Of a stretch of 64,000 nucleotides of DNA, positions 1-12,244 are shown piece after piece. The position numbers and the translations under genes were made by a program. Origin of the DNA: Octopus vulgaris. Taxonomy: Eukaryota. How positions within the stretch are numbered: the first letter of the stretch is position 1; every line of letters starts with the position of its first letter. The stretch spans positions 113,956,001 through 114,020,000 of the forward strand of contig OX597819.1 of the NCBI GenBank assembly GCA_951406725.2. Reading direction: 5' to 3'. Below the pieces are notes generated by a model. It was not told the DNA's origin. It was given only the letters and a program-made list of their open reading frames with translations, and did no database searches.

Positions 1-22
1 GACAAACACAGATACACAAACA

Positions 23-54
<32 letters not shown>

Positions 55-58
<4 letters not shown>

Positions 59-260
59 CGTGGCTATCAGATGTTGCTACACATCGCTGGTCACAATGCG
101 CTTTGCATTGTTTTAACCTTCAAATGATGCCACCTCGCTGGCTAAGTGAGCAGGCCAACAGAAGAAAGAGTGAGAAAAAGTTGTGGTGAAAGAGTACAGC
201 AGGGATCGCCACCACCCCCTGCCGGAGCCTCGTGGAGCTAAACCTCAATTGCGCCCCCAC
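55..260 (-). mobile_element. tRNA-derived SINE family C (internally deleted) inserted in the (TA)n tract of a family A SINE
   Basis: Minus strand starts GTGGGGGCGCAAT and shares its body (ggtggtggcgatccctgctgtactctttca) with 34645-34957; (TA)n on both sides. Confidence 0.65.
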
Positions 261-304
<44 letters not shown>

Positions 305-307
<3 letters not shown>

Positions 308-435
308 GAATGGGCTTCTTTCAGTTTCCATCTACCAAATCCACTCACAAGGCTTTGGTCAGCCTAAGGCTTATAGTAGAAGGCACTTGCCCAAGATGCC
401 ATGCAATAGAACTGAACCTCGAACCATGTGGTTGG
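305..435 (-). mobile_element. SINE family A fragment
   Basis: gggcttctttcagtttcc...accaaatccactcacaaggc...cacttgcccaag matches the fuller copies at 22339-22735 and 45890-46293. Confidence 0.8.
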
Positions 436-1002
436 GTATGTGCCTATAAACTATATAACTAAATAGTTTAAATTAGATTATAGTGTACAAGTTCCAGTGA
501 TTAATGGGCAGTAGTAGTTGTTGTTGTTGTTGTTGTTAAGATCCAAATTGAGTCAAACTATAATCAAAACTGTTCCAGCCATGACCAGCTCATCATTTTT
601 CTAAGACCTACCATCTTTTTGTGATCCAAGAAGATGAGTGATTTGGTTGCTATTTCTGGCATGTTGAGCAACTAATGTAGATGTTTTTTGAGCTTCTGGT
701 TAACTTGGTCAAGTACCATTTCATCTTTTCATTTATGTAGGAACCCAGGACCACAGTATTCTTGGCCTTTTTAAAAGATTTCAGTGACTTGGTTGCTATT
801 TCTAGTGAGTTGAATGACCACAAAAAGGTTCCTTTGTTGAGTGGTAGAATTAGTGGCTTGTGTTTCAAGTAAATATTGCAATTTGATTTAAAATCTTTTC
901 ATAGAAGTTTAGTCCATCCTTCTGGCACAGTGTGGAGGTAGGTCCTTCACTGATCAATTCTTTGTCATTTATCTATTCATGTTCTTTTCCTTTCTTCCCC
1001 AG

Positions 1003-1137
1003 GTAATCCAGAATCACTTTTGGTTAAAACGCCATGAAATTTTGTCACAATGTGAGCAGTGGATCTGTGAAATGGAGTCATACAGTCATGACAAACGGAC
1101 AGGAAGACATATAGCACACAGTACTTTAGCATTGAAA
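1003..1137 (+). CDS. BIRC6: BIRC6/BRUCE penultimate coding exon (C-terminal to the UBC core); upstream exons are outside the window
   Basis: Polypyrimidine tract + AG (1001-1002), GT donor at 1138, 135 nt, phase 0/0. VIQNHFWLKRHEILSQCEQWICEMESYSHDKRTGRHIAHSTLALK matches the recalled vertebrate BIRC6 C-terminus (VIHKHFYLKRVEIMAQCEEWIADIQQYSSDKRVGRTMSHHAAALK). Confidence 0.93.
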
Positions 1138-1297
1138 GTCAGTTCAATTTTTGTTATTTATCCTTTACACAAAGTTCTTTCAGTCCCAACACCACATCAA
1201 GCGCATTTTATGTAGGAAGAAGTAGTGGCATAGTTTTGGAAATATTGAAATTTCAAAGAGCTGCTGACATGATTTAATTCTAGTTGTTGGTTGATGC

Positions 1298-1770
1298 CAG
1301 TGCTGGCTGACTGGCTCCCATGCCGGTGGCACGTAAAAAAACACCCACTACACTCTCGGAGTGGTTGGCATTAGGAACGGCATCCAGCTGTAGAAACTTT
1401 GCCGGATCAGATTGGAACCTGGTTTGCCAGTCCGCAGTCGAACTGTCCAACCCATGGTAGCATGGAAAATGGACATTAAACTATAATGATGATGATGTTT
1501 TAGTTTAACTTCAACAGCCTTGTTACAAAGTTTCTGGATAATTTTGAAACTTGAAATATTTGAATTATGCAGTGAGCGACCATTAGATATTTAATTGGTA
1601 CTCTCACATAGCTCATTAACTTGCCAGTGTTTACATATCATCGTCATTTAATGTCCGTTGTCCATGCTGGCATGGGTTTGGATTGTTTGACCAGGGTTGG
1701 CAAGCTGGAAGGCTGCACCAGACTACACTCTGATTTGGCATGGTCTCTACAGCTGGATGCTCTTTCTACA
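1298..1770. mobile_element. Two oppositely oriented RTE 3' tail (family B) fragments, about 1298-1497 (+) and 1638-1770 (-)
   Basis: Shared ggcatccagctgtagaaac...gcatggaaa...(GAT)n motif found in more than 15 copies across the window. Confidence 0.8.
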
Positions 1771-1836
1771 GGAAGAAAAATGCTCTTATCTTGAGACTTG
1801 ATCAAATAGTTTTTAGTTATCTGGCAGCACTATTAA

Positions 1837-2053
1837 CCCTTTAGTGTTCAGATTACTGTTAAATGTAATACTTTTTCGATCAAATTGTTTTGACTTAATC
1901 ATGCATTGTCTAATAGCTTTGAGGTTTCAATGATGTGATTGTTTATTTTAGAATGTCAATGTAGGTTTGGTGTGAGAGGCTAGATATCGCCAGTTTGAAT
2001 ATAAAACATGTAGAATATCTGGGCCAGATATGGCCAGTTTAAACACTAAAGGG
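1837..2053. mobile_element. piggyBac-type MITE
   Basis: TTAA on both sides (1833-1836, 2054-2057) and TIRs CCCTTTAGTGTT/AACACTAAAGGG. Related copies at about 25965-26175, 29027-29869, 44276-44991 and 45046-45265. Confidence 0.85.
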
Positions 2054-2792
2054 TTAAATAAGTCCCTGTAAATTGCTTTAGTTGTGGATGTGTGAATTCA
2101 AACTATTTGCCTTTCCCCTCCTGACTAAAAAACAAAATTTTGTTTGAATTCATGCACCTATAAAAATAGGTGCTAAACTTTTGAAAGTAAGTATACAGAG
2201 CAGTGTTATATAATACCAAATATTTAAATGACCAAAGGCCAATAACTATGAACAGATATAGACAGGAGTAGGCTCTTTAGTCTGTGATGTTGGTGGCACA
2301 ATAAAACACACCTAGCTGTTGCTGTAAAGTTGTCGATAGTAGTAGTATGAGCATGCAGTCATTAAAAATCTTGCCAGGAAAAAATCCTAGTAAATTCCTT
2401 CCTTCCTTCCTTTCTGGTTTTTGCATGCCAAACAATGATGGATGGCCTTCAGGTGAGACAATTTGAGACCCATCCAAAGCCTGGTCAAAAAAGAGAAAAA
2501 AATCTCTCCCTCTCTATATAAATATATATATATTTATATTCTTCTAATATAGGATAAAATGTTTTCGAAAAGAATTTCATCAAAGTGGCTAGCATATTAA
2601 AATACCTTTAAAGGTGAAAATTATAAACAGTAATTGTTTATATATATATATATATATATAGTGTGTGTGTGTTTATGAATAGAACAGACATTATGAAGTA
2701 TTTAGAAATAGCTTGTAGAGGTCCAGTAGGCCTCATCTCAAGTGAGTCACATGTTGCTAGTCTTATCTGACTTTGGTTTATTATCTTTGCAG

Positions 2793-3029
2793 AGACATTA
2801 TAATCATCTAAGAGAAGAGTTTTCCAAAATGGACCCACCATCTGGCATGGAAGGAGAGGTTGCAGACATCCCTGAAGAAACTAAGCCTGAATTTTCCCAT
2901 AGTAAAAGCTACACGGAACTTGATGTTGAAGAGGGACCCACTCAGGTTGAGCCGATAAACTTAGACATCACCGACCCCATTTCGGTTCTTGAATCTCTGC
3001 CTTTTGGGCCAAACAGCATTGATTGCTGA
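2793..3029 (+). CDS. BIRC6: BIRC6 terminal coding exon
   Basis: tttgcAG acceptor (2791-2792), in frame with the previous exon. RHYNHLREEFSKMDPPSG resembles human RHTAQLREELLKLPCPEG, then an acidic tail; TGA at 3027-3029. Confidence 0.92.
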   Translation, partial: RHYNHLREEFSKMDPPSGMEGEVADIPEETKPEFSHSKSYTELDVEEGPTQVEPINLDITDPISVLESLPFGPNSIDC

Positions 3030-4224
3030 CAGTGACTACCAACAGCTTGCGCTTTTGAAGGGCTACCTTAGGAAACCCCCTCTAAAAAATAAAACACAAA
3101 AACTAAGAAACACCACCTCAGGTGGTAGTACTGGGTGCTGGTGAGGTTGGTGAATTCTTCAACATAGTACACACTGAAGAAGCTTTACAATCCAAATTAG
3201 AAAGAGGCGGATATGAACTGCTCCAGAAATGGGGGAGAGAGAGAGAGAGCGATACACACACACAAAATGAAAGAAAACACTAAAAATTTGGAGCAGAAAA
3301 ATTTTGAGTTGTTCTTCTTGTTGCTATTGTTGATATTGATGTTGCTGCTGCAGCTGCTGTTATCTGTCAGTAATTCAGACTCTGAGGATCAACTGAATTC
3401 TGGATGTCTGTTTAGTTGCCAGCAATTTGAAGCACCAAAACCTCATCATTGTTCCCCTCCTCCCCCTCTTGCATGTGATTTTCTTTTGAAGTGGTACCAT
3501 CGGCAGAAAGCATTACATATGTCAAATACATACATGCATATATTTGTGTGATTTTTTTTTTCTTCCACCCCCAGTCAGGAGGCTATGTGTGTATCATTGT
3601 GTCAGACAGGCTTTGTCACCAAAATCTTGAATTGACGGAGTAAGTTACTGGTTTTTTTTTTCCTGTTCTTGGAAAGCAAATTAAATTGAAAAGGAAAAAC
3701 AAAGGAGTGGGAGGGAATTTTTTTTTTTCAGTTTTTCTTTTGATACCCCCCCACCCCACCCCCGATTAACCTCTTTAACTTTATTTTTTTTTTTTTACAT
3801 AAAAGACTTTGAAATGCATTAGATTTCCTCCACCCTTCCACTTGCTTTTGCCAAAGAAATTTTTAGAAATGTGTAACCCAGTAAGGTAGTCTCTGGGTGA
3901 TATTGTGGCTGTAGAGGATTTTCAAGGTAAATTGGATGGAAGATGACAAATAGTATGATATTGCTAATGAAAGTTCTTTGAAAGTCAAATCCTTAAAAAT
4001 AACCTGTTGGTCCTTTTTCTTAGAGATGATGGCCGAATGGATGAGAATTGAAGCTTCTGGGAGAAGTATCTCACTGCTGGAGTTATTTGCCAAATAACTT
4101 CAACACTGTTGGAATTATTTGGCAAGGGACCTCTTCTAAGGCTTCGTTTCAGTTCATGGAACAATTAAGAATATTGTCCTTTGCCAAGTCACTTGAGGAA
4201 AAGTCCTGTCATCATTATTATTAT

Positions 4225-5075
4225 TATGGCAGAAACCAGTGGATTGACTGAATTGTTAGAGAGTCTGATGAGATGCCAGTATGTTCTGAATTCAAAACTC
4301 ACAGAGGTTGACTTTGCCTTTTATCCCACCGCGGTTAATAAAATTAAGCACTAGTTAAATACAGGGGCCAATTGGTAATGACTAAAGCCCTCCCTCAAAA
4401 TTTACTGACCTTGTGCCTAAAGTAGAAACAATTTTATTTACAACAGGGGGTGATGGAATGGCAGATTCATAAGAGCAATGCCTTGTTTTGGCTTTTAACA
4501 TCAATTAAGCCAAGGTCAACTTTACCTTTCATCCTTCCAAGGCATCATGACAAAATACCAGTCATATACAGGAGTCAATATAATCACCTGTTACCCTCCA
4601 CTCCAGATTTTTAGCTTTGTGCCTGTGTTAAAAACTATTATTATGGCAGAATTGATAAGGTACTTGAGTTGGTTCCTGTTTATGATCTGCTGATGTCCAC
4701 TTTGATTTCATTTTTCTGGGTGGGTGTGATAAAATAAAGTGCTAGTTATATACCTAAGTTGATATAATCATGATATTCAACATTTTTGGCTTTGTGCTAA
4801 ATACTTTAGAGGGAAAGAAAAAAAAATCTACCTTTATTTGTATGTGAGGATGATTATTATTAAGTGGAATGGCAGAATCAGAGCTTTAGACAAAATGCCT
4901 TGCAGAATTTATCTTGGTTCTTTATATTGTGAGTTCTAATGCCTGCCAAGGTCAACTTTGCTTTTCATTCTTTCAGAGTTGGAAAAAAATAAAGTACTAG
5001 TCAAGTACTGCGATTGATTTAATCAATCCCTACCCCCAAAATTGCGGCCCTGTGCCTATATTAGAAACTGTTATG
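4225..5075 (+). repeat. About four head-to-tail degenerate family D SINE units
   Basis: ggcaga...gtcaactttgcctttcatcct...aaaataagtaccagt...ttgtgccta recurs every about 200 nt. Confidence 0.65.
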
Positions 5076-8000
5076 ATTAAGATGGTGATAGTTACTGGTT
5101 GACCCTGTTGGTAAAGTTTCTGTGATGGAAAGATAATGAGATGAAATAATTTGTGCACATGTGGAGAATATGAACACACACATACATACAGTAAAACGTA
5201 GGTATTTACCAGGATTCCTCATCTGTGATCCATTCCCCACCCCCCACACTTTGTTAAATCCCCCCTTTCCCTGTTATTCTACTCATCCTAAATCCATCTG
5301 CTGCCCTGCTTCTTTTATACTGTTGTACCATAATGATGATTAGATTCAAACCAAAGCTGCCACTGGGTATTGTCAGCTCATAGCTCTTACACACACACAT
5401 AGTTGTGGGTGCAGGTGGCGTGGGAGATGCAGTAGAAATATATTCAGCAGCTGCTGCTTTTATCTTGGCCTCTCAAACTGTCATTACGCAAATGTGACTG
5501 TGAAAGGAAGGACTAAAATTGGTTTGGTGAGAGTTGGCAAATTCTGTGTTCAATATTGAATGTGACATGGATTAATGGTACTTAATCAAGCCTCCTTCAA
5601 CTCAGGTGTGTGTACCCATATATCTTGAGAGATTTAGTCAAATGAAATAGGCAATGGGGTGTATTGGAGGTGGGTGGGGTGGGGGTAATTCCTATAGTCT
5701 ATCTTGAATATGTATAATAGATTTTTTTCAGTTTTATTTCTCAGGTCTCCATTTCCTATATTCAAATCAATTAGCTTGCATTTTTTCAAACTAAAAGGAA
5801 TAAGGTTTATTATTTTTTTTTTACTTTCATTGAGCTCCCCAAACTTTCAAATCCAGCTCAACTATTTATTGTCAGTTCTCTTTATGCAGATTTATTACTT
5901 CTTTTAGCATTTGTCTGATGCCATTGACTTATTAAACTGACATTTTACATAAACTGCTGTTCTCTATTTGAAAAGCTTTCATGCTATGGAAAGTCATTTG
6001 TTCAATCAAGTTTCTGTCCTGGTTTAGTTTACAGCTAGATTTAGTCTATAAAATACAATAAGAAGTAGATGACTATGACAGAAAAACTAAAGTTCTAATA
6101 TATTGATGACAGCAACTCAGTTTATGGAGAGTGGGGTGGCTGAGAAGGAAGCTTTAAAAACATTTTTTCCCCTGATCAAATCCATTTTACCCAGCCTGCC
6201 CATAATCTCAACTTGTGTACCTATTTCTCTCTCTCCCCCTTCCACTGTTTACATGTTCCTATCTATTTATATAACTTTGTCATACTTGTATTAGCTTAAT
6301 ATAGGCTGTGCTGGTGTGATATAATAAAAGTAGTTTATAAGCTCAAGATGAAGTGTGTGCACCTCGTAAGAACCAAAGGCAGTGATGCAGAAATTACCTC
6401 CCCTTATGACTAACTGCAGTACATGGCCACACTAACAAACCCCTCCTGTTGAGATTCATTTATTCTCTGAATCACCATCCATTATTGGTTGTCACAGTTG
6501 TGAGAATAATTTGTAGTGGGTAGAATCAAATCTGATCTACAATTCCATTGTTTCCCAACTGGAACACACACCCCCACTCTGTCTACACTTTCACATAATC
6601 TCAGGTATTTGTGTCTGTGTAGGAAAAGAAACCAGATTAGATTCAGTTCTCAGCTGCTTTGTTCTGTCATCACTAAATTACTTTTTAAATAAATCAGGAG
6701 AATGAGATGTTAAGTTCCTACTTTGAGAGTTGTTTTGTATGCAATTATTAGTGCAGAGCCAAATGTGTTAATATAAAGCGCTGCAATATTTAATTACACT
6801 CCAAGTACAACTTTCACTGAGGTTGACTTTTCCTTTGAGAGTTCAGATTTAATTTTCACAACCCACCTCCCAATATGTGGCCTTGTGCCTCCGTTAGAAA
6901 CACATAATTGTTAACATTTAGAGACATGAATGTTAAATTTATTCCTTGCTGTTTGTTATATCTTACATAAATTCTCTTTTCAAGAAATATTGTGGTATAA
7001 AAAGTATGTGATAGAGAGATAAGCAACACTGAGGCTTACAGTGTGTCTAAAAATTTTTTTTTTTTAAACACTATAAGAAAGATTTTGGCTGTGTAACTGT
7101 TACTTTACCTAAGAGTATCATGTTCAGCATTAATAATGACAGGCAGTGAGGTGGAAGAAGCAGTAGTATGAACAATTAAATGCAAAACTGAAACTGAATA
7201 ATACCAAGTTCAAATTTTGCTTGGGTAGGAGGCCAACCTATGCCTTTCTTGACAATACCCATTACAACTTCGGTCTTGTACCTAATGTTAGAAATCATTA
7301 ATTATAAAGTGTCCCATTTAAAGAGTTTTTTTTTTAATACTCATGTGATATGCTGTGGTGACTGTCAGAACAGAGACACTGCAACAGTTTCACTGGTTTG
7401 TAGTAGTTGTTGTAACATCACTAGGCAGCCATGGTATCCATGGTGATAAAATATATTAAAAGAAAAAAAAAAATCAAAGAATATATATATATATATATAA
7501 ATATATATAAAATTATTAAAAAGCAAACAATGCAGATACTGCCATACTCCTGAAGATGGTTGAATTAATATTTTGTGAATACTTAACAAAAAAAATAATA
7601 AGAGGAACATTGGGATGGAAACCAACTAATATGGGGGAATGGACAAAAACAGAAAGGGTTATAAATTGCAGGAAATGGAGTCTGGTATTTTAAAGACTTT
7701 GTAAAATTGAAAAGAAAAAAATTTGAAGTAAAATTTTAAAACCAATAAAATTGATCATCTGTATATCAGACTGTAAATTTAGATGTGAAATTAAATTTAA
7801 GTGTTTTTTTTTTTCTTTGTTTCCCCATGAATCTGTTTTAATTTTAATTTGTATTTTTGTTTGCGTTTTGAGCTTAAAAAGGGAAAGGGGTTGTGAACAG
7901 GTGCTATTGCTTGAACACATGTAGATTTATCCACATTAACTAAAATAACCAATGTGTCCTAACCCCTTTTTGCTATGACCCCACAAGAGATTGCCTTCAG

Positions 8001-8851
8001 TTCATATTTGAATTAAAACCTTTAAGTTTCAAATACCAACTTAATAATGAAACGGCTATCTTTTATTAAAATTTAAAATGTAAAGACTATTAAGTGAAAT
8101 CTAATTAATGAAGTCATGTGACCATGACATGGCAAAAAATGTAGAAAAGAAAGGTGCTCTTAATCCACAATTCCTTGCACCAAGTCACAAATGACTGGCT
8201 AGCTAGCAGTTTCGTCATATTGGAATCTAATAAACTGTCTCGATTACTGATGCTTTTGTTTAAACAATGGGTTGACATTGCATCAGATGATAACAGATTT
8301 GATAGGTCCTGATAAAATTTTTTGCTGATCCAAGAATTGGAGAGAGACAATCTTTTGAAAAGCACATTGCCACTTTCGAACATAACTGGGCAGATTTTGA
8401 CTTGTTGCTTATGAGGAAAGAGGAGGTTGATTTTCAAAGAAAATGGTAAAGAATTTGAAGTATTTAAGACAGATATTAGATTGGTTTGAAAAGTTAGAAG
8501 TGAAAACATAGCCTGGAACCTACTGTTGTTGCAACTGAAGATGTGAAGGAAAAATTGAAAGATCTACAAAGTTTATTCACAAAAGGACTAAGGCATTGCT
8601 GTAAAATACATCCAAACATTTGAAAGGAAATTAACATAAAAAATTCTAAGTTGGATGCATTTATTTAATAATGAGTGTGTACATATGATAGTAATCTTAC
8701 ACAATGGTAGATAATTTAATAAAATCATCTGACTCAAGCTGTAGACTTAGTGTTACAACACATCTGGAGATTTTCAAAAAAATCTAGTCTTGACAGGCGA
8801 GAGCAGTAAACATAAAATAACGGTTCACTTTCATCACTTTGTATCCTGTAT

Positions 8852-8857
8852 TTTATT
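8852..8857 (-). terminator. Candidate LRR1 polyadenylation signal
   Basis: AATAAA on the minus strand about 290 nt downstream of the LRR1 stop; motif only. Confidence 0.35.
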
Positions 8858-9144
8858 TAGTTTAAATCCATTTTTTTTTATAACCATTCACAAGCTAAGA
8901 AACAATTCAGTATCCTCCAAAACAAATACTTGCTTCTCACTTGAGCTCACTAATATTGGTCTTGCACAAGACACTGTCAAAATTATCTTTATGTTAAATA
9001 ATAATAAACCTTAATACTAACTAAAACATTGTAGAGTATTAATATACAAGGTTAGGTCAGAATAAATACATATTAGCTACTGATACTTGTGTAAGAATTT
9101 CACAATGAATGAATGAAACACATCCACTGTTATCAATGAAACAC

Positions 9145-9391
9145 TTACGTGACCAGAGGACTTTGAAATTGCTTTTGTGTAAAACGGTCAAAACACTTCT
9201 GTGAACAAAAATATGCTTCAAGAGGAAAAGTTTTCTCTGATGTTGAGAGCAACGATGCTACCATAAAAGAGATGCTGGCATGATAAATACAGTGAATGAA
9301 TTTTGCCACTACAACTTTGCCACACCAGCAGCGTTTATGTGATCGTATCAGTTCATGTAAATCTCTGTACATAGTTTCACAGTAAGGGATC
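9145..9391 (-). CDS. LRR1: LRR1 terminal coding exon (Cul2-box region and Cys-rich tail)
   Basis: tttcAG acceptor (9393-9392); the first G completes AA|G (Lys). IPY...CWCGK...YFCSQKC matches LRR1 IPY...CVCGR...YFCSLGC. The four exons total 1254 nt with no internal stop. Confidence 0.93.
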
Positions 9392-10003
9392 CTGAAAGAG
9401 AAAATGAAATGCTCCTGTAAAATAATCATTTGTATTTCAAATCAGTTATGAAGGCATGTCAGAGAAAATGCCTTATGGTATTTAGATATTTCATGAGAAA
9501 ATTTAATCGATCCCACTAAATGAATGTTATGTAACACTTCTGTCTCTCTTGACATTTGAAAGTGTATCCAAGTCAGAAATCGTAAGTAAAAGGAAGATAT
9601 CTTGGATACAATATTATAACAACTTGATAACTTCATCTTTAAGAGAGATGTTGATTTGGTTGTATTCTAGTAGATTGAGTAATCACTTAGCTCTATTGTT
9701 ACATAGAAAATCAAAAATTAGAAAAATAAAGAAATGGGTTGCATTTGTGAAATCAAGCTAAATCTAACCAGTACACTGAATAAACAGCTTACAAGAGAAG
9801 CATATACATTTCTTACATCACAAAGACTGGGTTTGATGGTGAAATAAATTTACATATATTTACAACTGGAAAGGGAAATTTGAATGATAAAAAAAAGGTA
9901 TTATAGTCAGTTGAATTAATAACTGTAGATGGCTGGTACTACTCAAAGACCTTAGAGAAGTGGAAGATTAAGTCAACCTGACTGTGGATTTGAACCTATA
10001 TCT

Positions 10004-10283
10004 CAGGGGTTCTCAAACATTTTTTATCTATGAACCCCTTAAATTACTATTTTTTCTAATGGACCCCATAGTCATTCGATGTTCAAAAACTAGTTTTATA
10101 GAAAGTTCTTTCAAAACTCCTATTTTGTCTTTCACACATTAATTTGTGTAGTTTGAACTATGCAAAATGTCTGAGAAAAAATACCCAGCTGTTTCATATA
10201 ATACATACCAATGCACACATCTGCTGCAAAATTTTTTCAGGGACCCCTAAAAATCTTACATGGACCCCTTTTGAGAACTACTG
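10004..10283. mobile_element. hAT-type MITE
   Basis: TIRs CAGGGGTTCTCAA/TTGAGAACTACTG and a perfect 8-bp TSD CTATATCT (9996-10003, 10284-10291). Confidence 0.88.
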
Positions 10284-10295
10284 CTATATCTACAA

Positions 10296-10430
10296 CAGTG
10301 CTCCTCAACCCTTTTACACTTGCAGTACACTTATATTCTTTACAAAGTTTGGCAGCACACCTGAACTAAAAATATAAGGAAAAAAAATTATATTCAGGTT
10401 ACACCGTGGCATACCAGTTGTAGAGTACTG
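10296..10430. mobile_element. Small hAT (Charlie-like) MITE
   Basis: CAGTGCTC...GAGTACTG ends, TSD ATCTACAA/ATCTAGAA. A second copy at 41736-41857 has TSD TAGTAGAC/TAGTAGAT. Confidence 0.72.
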
Positions 10431-10743
10431 ATCTAGAATGCAGATGTATGAAATTAAATGCCACATAATATTTGGTCTACGATGACCCCACAGTCTTTCT
10501 TCCTAACAGATTTAATCTAAACCCTACAATTTTATATGTACTGTCTTGGACACTTGACATATATTTTTGTTATCTTTGAAGTGACATGGTAGACAGTAGA
10601 TATAAATTTAGATGACCATACCAATTACCATGTGATGTGAACCTACTTTATGTGGAATTATCAAAGCTTGCATTGAAACAGTTCTCTGTTCTGTAATAGC
10701 AAGGCATGGTCAATAGTAGAAGAAAGCTAACCACATGATGCAC

Positions 10744-10850
10744 AAGAATGTGACTGAAAGCCTCGGAGAGCTCTTGCAAGACATTATTTGTTAAGTCCAG
10801 ATGTTGCAGGTACTTCATTGAAGGTATCCTGGAGTCTAATTCTTTGATGT
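10744..10850 (-). pseudogene. 107-bp duplicated fragment of LRR1 exon 3 inside intron 3
   Basis: Ungapped copy of 11921-12027 with 12 substitutions by hand count. Reads IKELDSRIPSMKYLQHLDLTNNVLQELSEAFSHIL vs IKKLDSRIPSLKYLQHLDLADNVLQELPEAFSRIL. Confidence 0.9.
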
Positions 10851-11519
10851 AGTAGTATCAGATCAACCAATGTTTTCAGAGTGAAATTAGCAGAAGGAAA
10901 CTGTATTGCAGCCTGTGTACTCATGCATGTCAATGTTTACATTCTAAACTTCTCAGTAAAAGCATTGAACTAAAAAAAAAGGAAACAGTGACAATAACTA
11001 ACATAACCTGCCAACAAAATTGTTCTATAGCTCAGCATGTTTGAAGGCAAATGGAATGAAAAATGCGGATATGACAGATAACATGTATAATTTTAGTTAT
11101 GGCAGTGGAAGTTTTTTCCCCCTAACACTGTTTCAGGATGCTGAAGTAGTTTGCTAAAGGTTCAGATGTTACTACAGTCCTTATATTGTACCTCCAGCAA
11201 GGTTTCTAACTCCTTTCTCTTCAGTCTGTGAGCCACCCTTCAAGAAATAGCAGCCAACTCTGCCTCAAACTGCACCCTACTGTCTTAAAAAAAAAAAGAC
11301 CTGATGAAATAGTCATGACTAGAATGCCTTTAAACATATGTATTCTTGGCCAGGGTTAACCTGAGGCTGAACAACAAATCCAATTTGCTTGGCCAACAAA
11401 ATATATTGTGCACTGACTTTATGAAGATGGAAAGAAGGAGCCCATCCGAAAACAAATAATTGCTCCAACAAATTAAAGCCAATTCATGCAAGATTGGAAA
11501 AGCTATAAAATAGACTTAC

Positions 11520-12244
11520 TTGTTATTTATTATGAATTTGACACAAATGGACTGCAATGAAGGAAGTTCTAAACACTGTCGAAGAATACGATGTGGAGTT
11601 GTAGAAAAACTATTGTGCGACAAGTCAAGTTCGTGAAGACATAATTTGATGAAATTGGCAGGCAATAATGGCAACTGATTGTTAGAGATGTCTAAGTTCT
11701 TCAGAGAAGAGAGATTACCAATATTGATGGGGAGTTGTTTCAGTTGATTGCGGGACACTTTGAGAATTTGTAATTTCCTCAGATTGTCAATATGAGAGGG
11801 AAGTCTTTGAAGCTGGTTACTGCTGAGATCTAAGACAGTTAAGTTATCACACAGGGGTGGTTCAAGTAGACTTTGGGGGAAGGTGGAAAACTGATTTCCC
11901 TTCAGGATCAAGTCAGTAAGAAGAATGCGGCTGAAAGCCTCGGGGAGCTCCTGCAAGACATTATCGGCTAAGTCCAGATGTTGCAGGTATTTCAACGAAG
12001 GTATCCTGGAGTCTAATTTCTTGATGTGACAACCGATTATTTTCAAGCTGACAAGGGAAAACGGAAAACCCTTCAAGATGGGGTAATCTTGTCGTTTCAA
12101 AATGGTAAGTTTCTTCTTGCTGTTTTCAATTTGCTTTGGTGTAATTGCAGATAAAGTAGATAAGTTTGATTTTTGTTGGGGACATTCCCCCTTTAAGCTG
12201 GCTTTTAATACTGTGAGAAAGCTTTTCAACTGAATGGAATCTGC
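11520..12244 (-). CDS. LRR1: LRR1 coding exon 3 (leucine-rich repeats and BC-box)
   Basis: tttAG acceptor (12246-12245), GTAAGT donor at 11519, 725 nt. Contains KRQDYPILKGFPFSL, several LxxLxLxxN repeats and a BC-box-like PSLQSICVKFI. Confidence 0.95.

Noticed and set aside
3027-3072. BIRC6 stop-codon readthrough or selenocysteine (TGA CAG TGA CTA)
   Set aside because: Two readthroughs would be needed for a short extension; no SECIS recognised and no comparative evidence.
3111-3152. Small hairpin caccacctca...tgaggttggtg after the first AATAAA
   Set aside because: Short and imperfect; compatible with chance.
8114-8509. 131-aa minus-strand ORF
   Set aside because: No recognisable domain or exon context; composition typical of AT-rich non-coding DNA.
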